Of a stretch of DNA of 64,000 nt, positions 20,775 to 30,550 are shown one piece after another. A program made the position numbers and the translations under genes. Below the pieces are notes generated by a model that was not told where the DNA came from, searched no databases, and saw only the letters and a list, made by a program, of their open reading frames with translations. Numbering within the stretch: the first letter of the stretch is position 1; each line of letters starts with the position of its first letter. Source of the DNA: Nitrospinota bacterium (GTDB taxonomy: Bacteria; UBA8248); the NCBI GenBank assembly GCA_030754595.1, contig JASLZZ010000129.1, forward strand, positions 1 to 64,000, written 5' to 3'.

Positions 20775-20782
20775 ATTTCCGC

Positions 20783-20811
20783 TTGCATGTGGAGCTCAAT
20801 ATGTATAATAT
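20783..20811 (+). promoter_or_regulatory. Candidate sigma70 promoter for HU gene
   Basis: TTGCAT followed by TGTATAATAT in an AT-rich intergenic region. Confidence 0.45.
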
Positions 20812-20948
20812 TTTCCAGATGTCAAGATCCGCCTCCCTGATTTTGTGCCGCCTGTAGGGAAACCCATCAATATATTGTACCGCCTAACTGGGCAGGAGCC
20901 TTTTCCGCCCGATGGTGCCGCCTAATGCGGACCAGGAGAAGGGAGATT

Positions 20949-21221
20949 ATGAACAAAAGGGATCTCATCAACGCCATCGCAAGCGAAACGGACATGAGCA
21001 AAGCAGGCGCCGGGGCAGTGCTGAATGCTTTCGTCTCCTCCGTCACCGGGGCCCTCAAAGGCGGAAATAAGGTGACGCTGACGGGCTTTGGCACCTTCAG
21101 CATCTCCAACCGCGCCGCGCGCATGGGGCGTAACCCCAAAACGGGCGAACCGATTCAGATCCAGGCGTCCAAAGTGCCTAAGTTCAAGGCGGGGGCCGGC
21201 CTCAAGGGAGCGGTGAAGTAG
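20949..21221 (+). CDS. hup: DNA-binding protein HU
   Basis: MNKRDLINAIA...GFGTF...RAARMGRNPKTGE...PKFKAG; GGGAG RBS. Confidence 0.97.
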   Translation: MNKRDLINAIASETDMSKAGAGAVLNAFVSSVTGALKGGNKVTLTGFGTFSISNRAARMGRNPKTGEPIQIQASKVPKFKAGAGLKGAVK

Positions 21222-21290
21222 TCAGAAGGACTTCAACCTCTCGCCGCTCGCGTGCGGAGAGGAAAATCATCTGTTCATGGCCATGAACGG

Positions 21291-21326
21291 AAACGGGGGA
21301 GCTCACGTGCTCCCCCGTTTTTTTTT
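21291..21326 (+). terminator. Intrinsic terminator after hup
   Basis: AAACGGGGGAGC-loop-GCTCCCCCGTTT plus T run. Confidence 0.85.
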
Positions 21327-21506
21327 GCCCCCCGAGTCGATTTCGGTGGCATCTAACCCCTCCGAAACTCATCAGAAATCTCCCTGAAACATATCCGCCC
21401 TATAAAGACTTTGTTTGCACCTTTCAGTTTTGGGATATATGTAGGCGTAAAGGATAAGAAACTCCGATGTCCCTGTTACTGATGAACACTCCAAAGGATT
21501 GAGCGA

Positions 21507-21974
21507 ATGTCCGCTTCCGAAATAACTCCCATCGACAAAGTAACCTTGGGACGGCGAGGAGCCATGGCCACCATCGCCATGGCGGCCGGGATAGTGGTGA
21601 GCTACGGAACCGCCGCCATCTACGGCCTGCGCTTCCTGTTCGGGCGGCAAAAGCCCCCGCGGATGGTCCAGGTCCTCTCGGCGGCCCTCACCGAGGTTCC
21701 CGACGGCGGGAGCCGCCTGGCGCAGGACCTTTCGGGGCGGAAATTCCTCCTTGTCCGCTCGGGCGGGAACGTCAGTGCCTTCTCCACCACTTGCACCCAT
21801 CTGGGCTGCCAGGTCCACTGGAAGACTGAGGATAAGGCGTTTATCTGCCCCTGCCACGACGCGGTCTTCGACGCAAACGGAAACCCCGTCGAGGGGCCTC
21901 CACCGATCCCCCTGGCCCGCTACCCGGTCGAGGTGCGCGGTTCCAATATCTTCGTATCGATGCCGGAGGCCTGA
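21507..21974 (+). CDS. Rieske [2Fe-2S] subunit of a Rieske/cytochrome b complex
   Basis: Tat-like LGRRGAM plus TM helix; CTHLGC and CPCHDAVF boxes; GPPPIPL. Confidence 0.95.
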   Translation: MSASEITPIDKVTLGRRGAMATIAMAAGIVVSYGTAAIYGLRFLFGRQKPPRMVQVLSAALTEVPDGGSRLAQDLSGRKFLLVRSGGNVSAFSTTCTHLGCQVHWKTEDKAFICPCHDAVFDANGNPVEGPPPIPLARYPVEVRGSNIFVSMPEA

Positions 21975-21977
21975 GCC

Positions 21978-23039
21978 GTGGCCGATCGGATTCTCAACTG
22001 GGTCAGCGAACGCATCCCCTTCAACTGGGACAATCTCAAGCATTTCACCAGCGAGCCCATCCCCCGGCACATGCACAAGTGGTGGTTCTGCCTGGGCGGG
22101 ACGCCGCTTTACCTCTTCATGATCCAGCTCGTCAGCGGAATCGCCCTCACCTTCTATTTTGTCCCCGACCCGTCGAAGGCGTACGAATCGGTGCGCTATA
22201 TCACCGAGGAAGTCCCCTTCGGCTGGTGGGTGCGGGGGATTCACCGCTGGTCGGGCGAGTTGATGGTGGTCTCGGTCATCCTCCACATGATGCGGGTGTT
22301 CTTCACCGCCGCCTACAGGCGGCCGCGCGAGATCAACTGGCTCATCGGGATGGCGCTCCTCATCACGGTGTTCACCTTCGGCTTCTCGGGCTATTCGCTC
22401 ATCTACAACCAGGTTTCCTATTGGGCCACCGTCGTGGGAACCAATATGGCCGCCGCCGTGCCGTTCGTGGGCCAATACATGGCGGGCTTTCTCCGGGGCG
22501 GGCCGGTCATCAGCGCGAACACCCTCACCCGCATGTACGTTCTGCACATCGGCGTGCTCCCCACGGCCGCTTTCGGCCTTCTGGCGCTGCACATATTCCT
22601 GATTCGGATTCACGGCGTGAGCGAATTCATCGACACCTCGAACGGCGAATCGCGCGACGACGAGGACCGCTTTTTCCCGTTTTTCCCGGACCACCTCCTG
22701 ACGGAAATCGCCATCGGCATTTTCTTGATATTCCTCGTCAGCCAACTCGCCATCATTTTTCCGGTCCAGATCGGCGAGCCGGCCAATCCGGCCGTCACCC
22801 CCGAACACATCAAACCCGAATGGTATTTCTACCCGGTCTTCAGATGGCTCAAGCTCTTCTCGTTCCAGACCGGAATCATCAGCACTATTGGAATCGTAAT
22901 GGTCATGTTCGCGTGGCCCTGGGTGGACGCCTCGATCGAGCGTCGTTTTCCGGGGCGCGAGGTGAGCGTATTCATTGGCATCGCCGCCGTCGTGGCGATG
23001 GTTGTCCTGGTCCTCATCGAAGGGCTGTCTGGACACTGA
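21978..23039 (+). CDS. Cytochrome b (b6-type with subunit IV fused)
   Basis: WWFCLGG (heme ci Cys position), heme-b His pairs HRW...H (13 intervening) and HIG...H (14 intervening), KPEWYF Qo motif. Confidence 0.95.
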   Translation: MADRILNWVSERIPFNWDNLKHFTSEPIPRHMHKWWFCLGGTPLYLFMIQLVSGIALTFYFVPDPSKAYESVRYITEEVPFGWWVRGIHRWSGELMVVSVILHMMRVFFTAAYRRPREINWLIGMALLITVFTFGFSGYSLIYNQVSYWATVVGTNMAAAVPFVGQYMAGFLRGGPVISANTLTRMYVLHIGVLPTAAFGLLALHIFLIRIHGVSEFIDTSNGESRDDEDRFFPFFPDHLLTEIAIGIFLIFLVSQLAIIFPVQIGEPANPAVTPEHIKPEWYFYPVFRWLKLFSFQTGIISTIGIVMVMFAWPWVDASIERRFPGREVSVFIGIAAVVAMVVLVLIEGLSGH

Positions 23040-23055
23040 GCGAAGGAGAAACCCT

Positions 23056-24408
23056 GTGAATTTTCGGGTCAAGCAGTGGATTGTGGCGGCGCTGAGCCTG
23101 TTTTTCCTCGGCTCGCTGATCACGGTGGGCTTCATTGAGAGCGGCCGTCTGCTGCCGGAGAAGAAGGCGAAGGTGGTCGTCACGGCCAAGAACGAGGGCT
23201 GCGTGAACTGCCATGCCGAAAAATCGCCCGGCATCGTCTCGCAGTGGAAAGACAGCCGCCACGCCCCCCTCGGGGTGGGCTGCGTCGATTGCCACCAGGC
23301 GAAAAAAGAGGACCCCGACGCCTGGGAGCACGAGGGCTCCCTCGTCGCCACCGTCGTCTCGCCCAAGGACTGCGCCCGCTGCCACGCCAAAGTGGCCAAG
23401 GAGTTCACCAACAGTCACCACGCCAAGGCCGCCCAGTTCATCGGCAGCCTCGACAACTTCCTGGGCGTCGTCGTCGAGGGCGCCCCCGCGGCCATCGGCG
23501 GCTGCCAGAAGTGCCACGGCTCGACCGTCAAGGTGCTCAAGAGCGGAAAGCTCGACCCCTCGACCTGGCCCAACTCCGGCGTGGGCCGCATCAACCCGGA
23601 CGGCAGCAACGGCACCTGCTCGGCCTGCCACGCGCGGCACACCTTCTCCGCCGCCCAGGCGCGCCAGCCCGAGAACTGCGGCAAGTGCCACATGGGGCCG
23701 GACCATCCCCAGATCGAAATCTATAACGAGTCGAAGCACGGAATCGTCTTCCGAGCGCGAATCAAAGAGATGAACCTGGACAGCAGGAGCTGGGTCGTCG
23801 GCAAGGACTACACGGCCGCGCCAACCTGCGCCACCTGTCACATGAGCGCGACGAAAGATCTTCCCATCACCCACGACGTCGGCAAGCGGATCAGTTGGAC
23901 CCTGCGGCCGGTGGTATCAAAGAAACTCAAGAACTGGGAAGCCAAGCGAAAGGACATGCAAAACGTCTGCGCCGCCTGCCACGGCCCCGACTTCACGAAA
24001 TCCTTCTACACCCAGTACGACAACATCATCGGTCTCTACAACGAGAAGTTCGCCGTCCCGGCCCGGGACATCATGCTCGCACTCAAGAAAGAGGGGAAAA
24101 TCACATCGACGCCGTTCGACGATAAAATCGAGTGGACCTTCTTCGAGCTCTGGCACCACGAGGGCCGCCGCGCGCGCATGGGCGCCTCGATGCAGGGCCC
24201 CGATTACACGCAGTGGCACGGCTTTTACGAGGTGGCCAAGCACTTCTACTTCAAATTCATTCCCGAGGCCGAGAAACTCTCGCCCGGCCTCACCGAGCGC
24301 TTCGTCAAGGGCAAGCACCACCAGTGGCGCAAGGGGATGACCAAGGCGCAGATTCAGCAGATGCTTGACTTTTATCAGAAGAGATACGGAGCGGAAGAGA
24401 AAAAATAG
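23056..24408 (+). CDS. Octaheme cytochrome c, hydroxylamine oxidoreductase (HAO) family
   Basis: AAGGAGA RBS before GTG 23056; N-terminal TM/signal; eight CxxCH (CVNCH, CVDCH, CARCH, CQKCH, CSACH, CGKCH, CATCH, CAACH); HMGPDHPQIEIYNESKHG and WHHEGRRARMG signatures. Confidence 0.9.
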   Translation: MNFRVKQWIVAALSLFFLGSLITVGFIESGRLLPEKKAKVVVTAKNEGCVNCHAEKSPGIVSQWKDSRHAPLGVGCVDCHQAKKEDPDAWEHEGSLVATVVSPKDCARCHAKVAKEFTNSHHAKAAQFIGSLDNFLGVVVEGAPAAIGGCQKCHGSTVKVLKSGKLDPSTWPNSGVGRINPDGSNGTCSACHARHTFSAAQARQPENCGKCHMGPDHPQIEIYNESKHGIVFRARIKEMNLDSRSWVVGKDYTAAPTCATCHMSATKDLPITHDVGKRISWTLRPVVSKKLKNWEAKRKDMQNVCAACHGPDFTKSFYTQYDNIIGLYNEKFAVPARDIMLALKKEGKITSTPFDDKIEWTFFELWHHEGRRARMGASMQGPDYTQWHGFYEVAKHFYFKFIPEAEKLSPGLTERFVKGKHHQWRKGMTKAQIQQMLDFYQKRYGAEEKK

Positions 24409-24643
24409 GGGGCGGCGGCCGGCGGCCGGATTATCCGGGCCGCCCTTCCTCCACCGAGTTCAATCACCGAGATCAATCCACCCGACGGGATCAAACCCCC
24501 GCCGAGGTTAGTTTTTCTATCAATCCCCCTGAGGAGCTCGGTCCCCCTGCTTGACCAAAATCCTGTATGCCGGAAGCGTTAGACAGTCCAGATCAGCCGC
24601 CCTCTCCCGAAGCGGACTGGCTCGCCTCAACACACCATGTTAT

Positions 24644-26832
24644 TCAACCTCGGGCTTTTTTCACCGCGAGACGGTGCGCACGCAACACCGACTCCGTATA
24701 TCCACTCGGCAGGTCAAGCCCATTAGATACGATTTCGAAGGCCGCCTTGAATTCATTGCCGGCTATATTATCCGCCATGGGTAGGTAATTCTCGTCGTGG
24801 GCATTCTGCCCGTCAACGACGGCGGCCATTTCCCTGAAAGTTTCTCCCACCTGGCTCTCGGCAACGATGTCCCACTTTAGCCAATCGGCGATGTGCTGAC
24901 TCGAGATGCGCAGGGTGGCCAGGTCTTCCATGAGATTCGTTCCCTCGAGATCCGGGACCTTGGAGCAACCGACTCCCTGGCCGACCCAGCGCGAAACATA
25001 GCCAAGGATGCCCTGGGCATTGTTCCTGAGTTCCGTCTGTACTTCCTGGGGAGTCAGCTCCCTGTCAAGCAATGGAATCGTTAATATCTCGTCGAGGCTG
25101 GCGCGGTCCCTGTCGGCCAGCTCTTTTTGTCTTCCCTCGACATCCACGTAATGATAATGCATGGCGTGTATTGTCGCGACGCTCGGAGACGGCACCCAGG
25201 CGGTGTTCGCCCCGGCCTGAGGGTGGGCTATCTTGGCGCCGTACATGGCCTTTAAATTATCCGGCATGACCCACATGCCCTTTCCGATTTGGGCGTGACC
25301 GGGCAGGCCGCACTCGATTCCGATATCCACGTTCCAGTCTTCGTACGCCCTGAGCCATTGCTGTTGTTTAATCTCTTCCTTGCGCAGCATCGCGCCCGCG
25401 TACACGCTAGTATGAATCTCATCTCCGGTTCGATCCAGAAAACCCGTGTTGATGAATACGATGCGATCCTCGGCCGCGCGTATGCACTCCTTGAGGTTTG
25501 CGGTCGTTCTTCTTTCTTCATCCATGATTCCTATTTTTATCGTGTTTTCATCCAGGCCCAGCGCCTTTTCGACTTCACCGAACAGCTCGACCGTCGCGGC
25601 GACTTCCTCGGGGCCGTGGAGCTTGGGTTTCATGAAATAAACGCTGCCGGTTTGGCTGTTGACGAGATGGCCGTTTCTCTTGAGATCGTGAACGGCGGCA
25701 AGCGATGCGACCATCGCATCGAGGAAGCCCTCCGGGATCGGCTTGCCATCCTCCGTGAGCACGGCATCGGTATACAAATGAATACCCACATTGCGATTCA
25801 ACAACAAACTCCGGCCCGGCAGGGTGTATTCCCCGCCCTCCGGCGACATATAAGTTCTATCCGGATTTAGCGCGCGAACCATCTCCCGGTCGTTTTCCGT
25901 GAAGGTCGCCTCCAGCGTTCCCTTCATGATTTTATGCCAGTTTCTATAAGCGTTCGCTTTGTCGTCCGCATCCACCGCCGAAACGGAATCCTCGAAGTCC
26001 TGTATGGTTGTGACGGCGGCTTCAAGTAATATTCCCTTCACACCGGCAGAGTCGTATCTTCCGGCCGTCTCGTCATCCCTGTCTATTTGAATTTCGATAT
26101 GCAAACCGTTGTTTCTCATCAAAACGCCGGCCAGTTCGCCGTCGGCTTCCGTGAAACCCGCGAATTGAGAACGATCAGTCAGGCAGGCTTCATCCCCGTC
26201 GCCTATCACCGCGACCAGATTCTTGTTCTCATCCTGTTTGTATCGGATCACGAGCGCATGAGACCCATTTTCCAACGCCACGACATCGTCGAGAAATTTC
26301 TTGGCGTACGCGATCACCCTGGCCCCGCGCCGGGAATTATAACCGTCGGGTCCATCACCCTTTTTCCCGGCGCCCCTATCCTCGGGAATCATGTCGAAGC
26401 CGTACATCGCGTCGTAAAGACTCTCCCAACGGGCATTCGCCGCATTGGTTGCGAAGCGTTCGATCGTCAGGGGCACAACGAGTTGGGGGCCCGCGATTTT
26501 CGCGAGTTCCCTGTCCACATCGAGCGTATTTACCTTGAAATAGGGACCTTCGGGAATCAAATAACCAATTTCACATAGGAAAGATTTATATTCTCCCATG
26601 TTGAAAGGTTTGCTATCTCTCTCCTTATGCCAGGCATCGATCTCTCGTTGTAGACAGTCTCGTTTTTCCAGCAACTCTTTGTTCTTGGGCTCTAATTTAT
26701 TCGAAATCTCGCCAAGAAAGCTCCAAAAAAATCCGGATCGACACCTGTTCCCAGCGCGTTCTCATCTTTAACCAAGTCATATAGAGGCTGCGCGACTTGC
26801 ATGCCGGCGACTCCGACATAACCTGGGCTCAT
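24644..26832 (-). pseudogene. glcB: Malate synthase G with a 1-nt frameshift near the 5' end
   Basis: AGPQLVVP, NAANARWESLYD, KPKLHGP, MDEERRT, FINTGFLDRTGDE, LMEDLATLRISSQ. The N-terminus MSPGYVGVAGMQVA...GTGVDPDFF is in another frame; adding one T to the T7 run (26725-26731) restores DFFWSFLGEISNKLEPKNKELLEKRD. Confidence 0.88.
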
Positions 26833-27071
26833 AATATCCCACCTATTTTTATCCGGAATTATACGGCAACACGTTAAACCGGGATTATGCAGCAACGACC
26901 TGTGGATGGCGGATTCTTGATTTCACAAGGATGGCTGCGCGAAGAAGGGATCCGAGCGAATCCGATTTCCCTGAAAATTCCATGTAATTCCCTGTTCGGA
27001 TTTCAGGCCGGAATTTTCGAGACTCTTTATTTTATAAGCACATATGGAGGATATTGCCGGTGCGATAGGTC

Positions 27072-27881
27072 CTACTCGGTCGCGCCGATCAACGGGCCCG
27101 CGCCCGCCCAGGCCGCCCGATCCGAGAGCAGGTCCACCGAGTCGCGGATGAAATCCCCGAAATCCGAAACACGCTCGGCCGAGTCGAGGATGAGCCGGCT
27201 GGTTCGGGCGACGTTCTCGTCGCTGAAGGGGAGCTTGAGTTTTCGGAGGATTATCCGGGTCCGACCGTCGAGGTACATGTAGTCGATGTCGTCCACATCG
27301 CCGTAAAATCGCTCGGCGCCGTCGCGGGCGGCGGTAATCTCCCCGGCTCCGCGGCCGTAGAGGGCGGCGATGCCCGCCTCGAACTCGGCGATCAGCTCGG
27401 GAGGGCTGGATACCCTCGCCTGGCGGACGATCAGAGGGACGCTCCGGTCGGCGACCGAGATGGCGTAGTCCACCGCGATCTCGACCAGGGTGTGCGCCAG
27501 GTAGTAGGCGTCGGACTCCCCGAGAGGAGTGCCCATTTCCGAGGCGAAGGCCGAGAGGAGCGGAACCAGGTCGGCCCCGCGCCGGTAGGTGTAGCCCCTC
27601 TTCTCGGCGGCGGAGAGGCCCCCGTCGGGCTTCCCGGCGCCGCCGTAGTGGCAAAAATTATCGACGACGAGATGGCACTTCACCCAGATGAGCTTGGGGT
27701 AGCGCTCAAGCACACCGGGCGGGGGATCGAAGCGGTGGGTCTCGCGGGAGCGGAAGCCCTCGGTCAACGGCAAATGGTCGGGCGCGATGTTGTACAAGTA
27801 TAGGTCGCGCTCGTCGGGCGGGGGCTCGGGGCCGTGCTTGAGAAGCGTCCGGAGAATCAGGCTATGACAGTTGGTCAACAA
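27072..27881 (-). CDS. Hypothetical protein, possibly zinc-dependent phospholipase C-like fold
   Basis: Metal-ligand pattern TNCH...IAPD...THRF...CHLVVDNFCH...AHTLVEIAVD. Confidence 0.6.
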   Translation of the reverse strand: MLTNCHSLILRTLLKHGPEPPPDERDLYLYNIAPDHLPLTEGFRSRETHRFDPPPGVLERYPKLIWVKCHLVVDNFCHYGGAGKPDGGLSAAEKRGYTYRRGADLVPLLSAFASEMGTPLGESDAYYLAHTLVEIAVDYAISVADRSVPLIVRQARVSSPPELIAEFEAGIAALYGRGAGEITAARDGAERFYGDVDDIDYMYLDGRTRIILRKLKLPFSDENVARTSRLILDSAERVSDFGDFIRDSVDLLSDRAAWAGAGPLIGATE

Positions 27882-28068
27882 GGCGCGGCTCCGAAGCAGA
27901 TGAAATCATGGATGAATTCTCGTGAGAATTCCAAAAATATTCCGGGGCTTTTTTTATAGAAGGTGAACGGCGGCGTCAAATTCGGATCCGGGGATCGGCG
28001 GCTTCCTCCCTCCCGCGGCGGATCCCCTTCCCCGGAGGAGCGGGACTCCCGGCCGTTCCAGCTGCGGA

Positions 28069-28908
28069 TTACTTCGCCCCGGAGGGGCCTGTGAGGAAGT
28101 AGCACTCCCCTTCACGGCGGGCCCTGCCCTCCTCGATGAGTTTTTCGAGGTGGCCGGCGATCATCGTGGCTCCGATCCGGATGGTCTCCTCTCTCATTCC
28201 CCGGTAGATGCGTCCGGCCATCCCCTCGGGGGTGTCGAGACCCTCGCCGAGGGCCTCTAGGACCTGTGCCTCGCGCCGGGCGCGGTGTGTGAGCAGGGCC
28301 TCTACCCGACCCGCCGGGTCGACGACCGGAGGGCCGTGGCCCGGATAGATCACCCTCGGGGCGAGGCCCCGCACTCGCTCGAGCGAGTCGAGGTAGGCGC
28401 TCAGGCTTCCCAGAGGAGGGCCCACCCAGGTCGAGGTCTCCATCAGGACGATATCGCCCCCGAAGAGCACCCCCCGCTCCCGCCACCAGAAGGCGAGATG
28501 GCCGGGCGAGTGGCCGGGGGTGAGCACCGCCTCGAGCTCAATTCCTCCGGCGCGGAAAATGTCCCCGTCCCCGAGCGCATCGATATCGAGCGAGGGCGCG
28601 CGCTCCCCCATCAAAGCGATCTCGCGGGGATGCGCGCGGCAGGCCGCGCCGGTGGCGGCGGCGAGCGCCTCCGCCCCCCCGAAGTGATCGGGGTGATGGT
28701 GGGTCAGGAGAAGCGCCTCGAGTCCTCCCCTCGTCCGCTCGGCGGCCCAGCCGGCCACAAAACCGCCACGCTCGGCGTAGCCCGCGTCGACCAGGGCAAA
28801 CGGCCCCTCCCCTACCAGGATGACTTGCACATGGTCCATATAGGCGCTGGGGGGCGATTCGACCCGGAGGACCCGGACCCCTTCTTCCTGTATTTCGCCG
28901 TTTTTCAT
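28069..28908 (-). CDS. Metallo-beta-lactamase-fold hydrolase (LACTB2-like, C-terminal winged helix)
   Basis: THHHPDHFGG, TPGHSPGH, FGGD, YPGHG. Confidence 0.9.
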   Translation of the reverse strand: MKNGEIQEEGVRVLRVESPPSAYMDHVQVILVGEGPFALVDAGYAERGGFVAGWAAERTRGGLEALLLTHHHPDHFGGAEALAAATGAACRAHPREIALMGERAPSLDIDALGDGDIFRAGGIELEAVLTPGHSPGHLAFWWRERGVLFGGDIVLMETSTWVGPPLGSLSAYLDSLERVRGLAPRVIYPGHGPPVVDPAGRVEALLTHRARREAQVLEALGEGLDTPEGMAGRIYRGMREETIRIGATMIAGHLEKLIEEGRARREGECYFLTGPSGAK

Positions 28909-29151
28909 GTTCGCAATTGGTCCGAGGCGGTGCGGCGGTAGTCAACCCGCCCCTGCTGGTAGAGATGGTCGATTTTTTTGATATCTTCGGTAGCGAATAA
29001 AGCCATGGGGCGCCGGTCCTTTATACGCCGCGGGGGGGGCTCGCCGCGGGAAAACGACTTCAGTCGGGCTGGTTTCCGTATTCTAGGAAAAACTTCCATA
29101 TTTTCAAATGAGTGGAAGCATAAAGTATGTTCGAATCGGATAAATGGGGGT

Positions 29152-29179
29152 TTGACATCCCCCGAAAATCAGCTATTTT
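29152..29179 (+). promoter_or_regulatory. Candidate sigma70 promoter of the ABC operon
   Basis: Perfect TTGACA, then TATTTT 16 nt downstream. Confidence 0.4.
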
Positions 29180-29317
29180 ACTCATCAACTGAAGTTTCTC
29201 CATATCGAATTATTCCTCTGGCCGCCGGGCCGTAGGGGAGCGGCCACGATTTTGTATACGGCGGACAAAATGCTTGATGCATATTCGATGCGTCTCAATG
29301 TTAAAAGGAGAAAACCG

Positions 29318-30433
29318 ATGAAAAGCACTCTGCGTCTTCGCTCACTTACGGCCTCGGTGGGCGCGGCGGCTATCGCCCTGATGGGGATGGCATCCTTTGC
29401 GGACGCCGATCTCAGCGCCGGGGAGAAAAAACTCGCCCGTGCCGCCAAGAAAGAAGGCGCCGTTGTCATCATCAACCCACTCTTCAGCGACCGGACCGCC
29501 AAGCGCATGGGCCCGGCCTTCGCCAAGCGCTACGGCCTCGGCAGCGGCTTCAAGTTCAATAATATCCGCAAGGGCACGGGCTCTACGGTGGCCACCGTCC
29601 GCCAGGAGATCAAGGCGGGCAAGTTCACCATCGACGTCCACATGGTCAGCGCACCGGGCTTTTTCCACGCCGCCTCTAAGCGGGGCGCCTTCTCGAAGCT
29701 CGACAGCGTCCACTGGAAGGACAACGTCGAGCTCGTCGAAAAGGCCGGCCAGTATCACAACTATCCCTACGTCGTGACGCCGCTCGCCTATACATTCCAG
29801 CCGGTCTGGAATAGCGCGTGCCCGGGAATGAAGGACATCACCGTTACTTCCTACGCCGACACCGTCCAGCCGGCCCTGAACGGCAAGACGATCTCGCCTG
29901 ACATCACCAAGAGCTTCACCTACACGAACACCGTTATCTCGCTGACCGAAAACGGCGTAAACATGAACGCGGTGTGGGATAAGCTCAAGGCGACCAAGCC
30001 CATCGTCGAGTTCCGCACCGAGCCGAAGATACAGATGGTCATCGCCTGCGAGCGCCCCTTCGACATGATGAACCTCTCGGGCCGCGTCTACCAGAATGTC
30101 CTCAAGAAACCTGCTCTCGCGAAAATCCTCAAGATTGGCTACTACAAAGAGGGCCAGGTCTTGCTGGGCAACCAGGCCGCCGCCGTGAAAGGCGGACCGC
30201 ACCCCAACGCCGCCCAGCTTCTCGTAGACTTCCTCCTCAGCAAGGAAGGCGCCGACATTTTTGTCGAGGGTGAGGCCATCTACTCGTTCCGCAAGGGCTA
30301 TATCGCCCCGGCGGCGGCGAGGCCCTACCTCCTCGACCTGAGCAAACATAAGCTCCTTGGTTTGAAGGACTGGGTCGGCGCCCAGCGGAAGTTCAAGAAA
30401 GTGCGCGGCGAATGGATTAGACGTTTCAAATAG
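29318..30433 (+). CDS. ABC transporter substrate-binding protein (Fe3+/AfuA-like class)
   Basis: AAGGAG RBS, signal peptide, AAKKEGAVVI, KGGPHPNAAQLLVDFLLSKEG. Confidence 0.85.
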   Translation: MKSTLRLRSLTASVGAAAIALMGMASFADADLSAGEKKLARAAKKEGAVVIINPLFSDRTAKRMGPAFAKRYGLGSGFKFNNIRKGTGSTVATVRQEIKAGKFTIDVHMVSAPGFFHAASKRGAFSKLDSVHWKDNVELVEKAGQYHNYPYVVTPLAYTFQPVWNSACPGMKDITVTSYADTVQPALNGKTISPDITKSFTYTNTVISLTENGVNMNAVWDKLKATKPIVEFRTEPKIQMVIACERPFDMMNLSGRVYQNVLKKPALAKILKIGYYKEGQVLLGNQAAAVKGGPHPNAAQLLVDFLLSKEGADIFVEGEAIYSFRKGYIAPAAARPYLLDLSKHKLLGLKDWVGAQRKFKKVRGEWIRRFK

Positions 30434-30459
30434 CCTCCGCATTTAGAAAACGACTGAGC

Positions 30460-30487
30460 GGGGGCCCGGCGCAGCCGGGCCCCCTTT
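30460..30487 (+). terminator. Intercistronic hairpin between binding-protein and permease genes
   Basis: GGGGGCCCGGC gca GCCGGGCCCCC TTT. Confidence 0.6.
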
Positions 30488-30550
30488 CCTTGGCAAAGTT
30501 ATGTCGGCAAAATTTTTGCCTTACAAGATCCTTCAACCGAATGCACTGAT

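Noticed and set aside
23056..24408. Calling the organism an ammonia oxidiser or anammox bacterium from the HAO-like gene
   Set aside because: No amo, cycA/cycB or hzs genes are in the window, and the C-terminal motif suggests the reductive type
24452..24477. 13-bp tandem repeat CACCGAG(T/A)TCAAT downstream of the octaheme gene
   Set aside because: Only two copies with no spacers; not CRISPR-like and could be chance
26930..27050. AT-rich junction with TTCCCTG repeats upstream of glcB, reminiscent of island ends
   Set aside because: No matching partner at the other end of glcB and no recombinase; cannot be supported
28905..29006. 33-aa ORF MALFATEDIKKIDHLYQQGRVDYRRTASDQLRT overlapping the MBL start (ATGA)
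   Set aside because: No convincing RBS or family similarity; too short to call without conservation data
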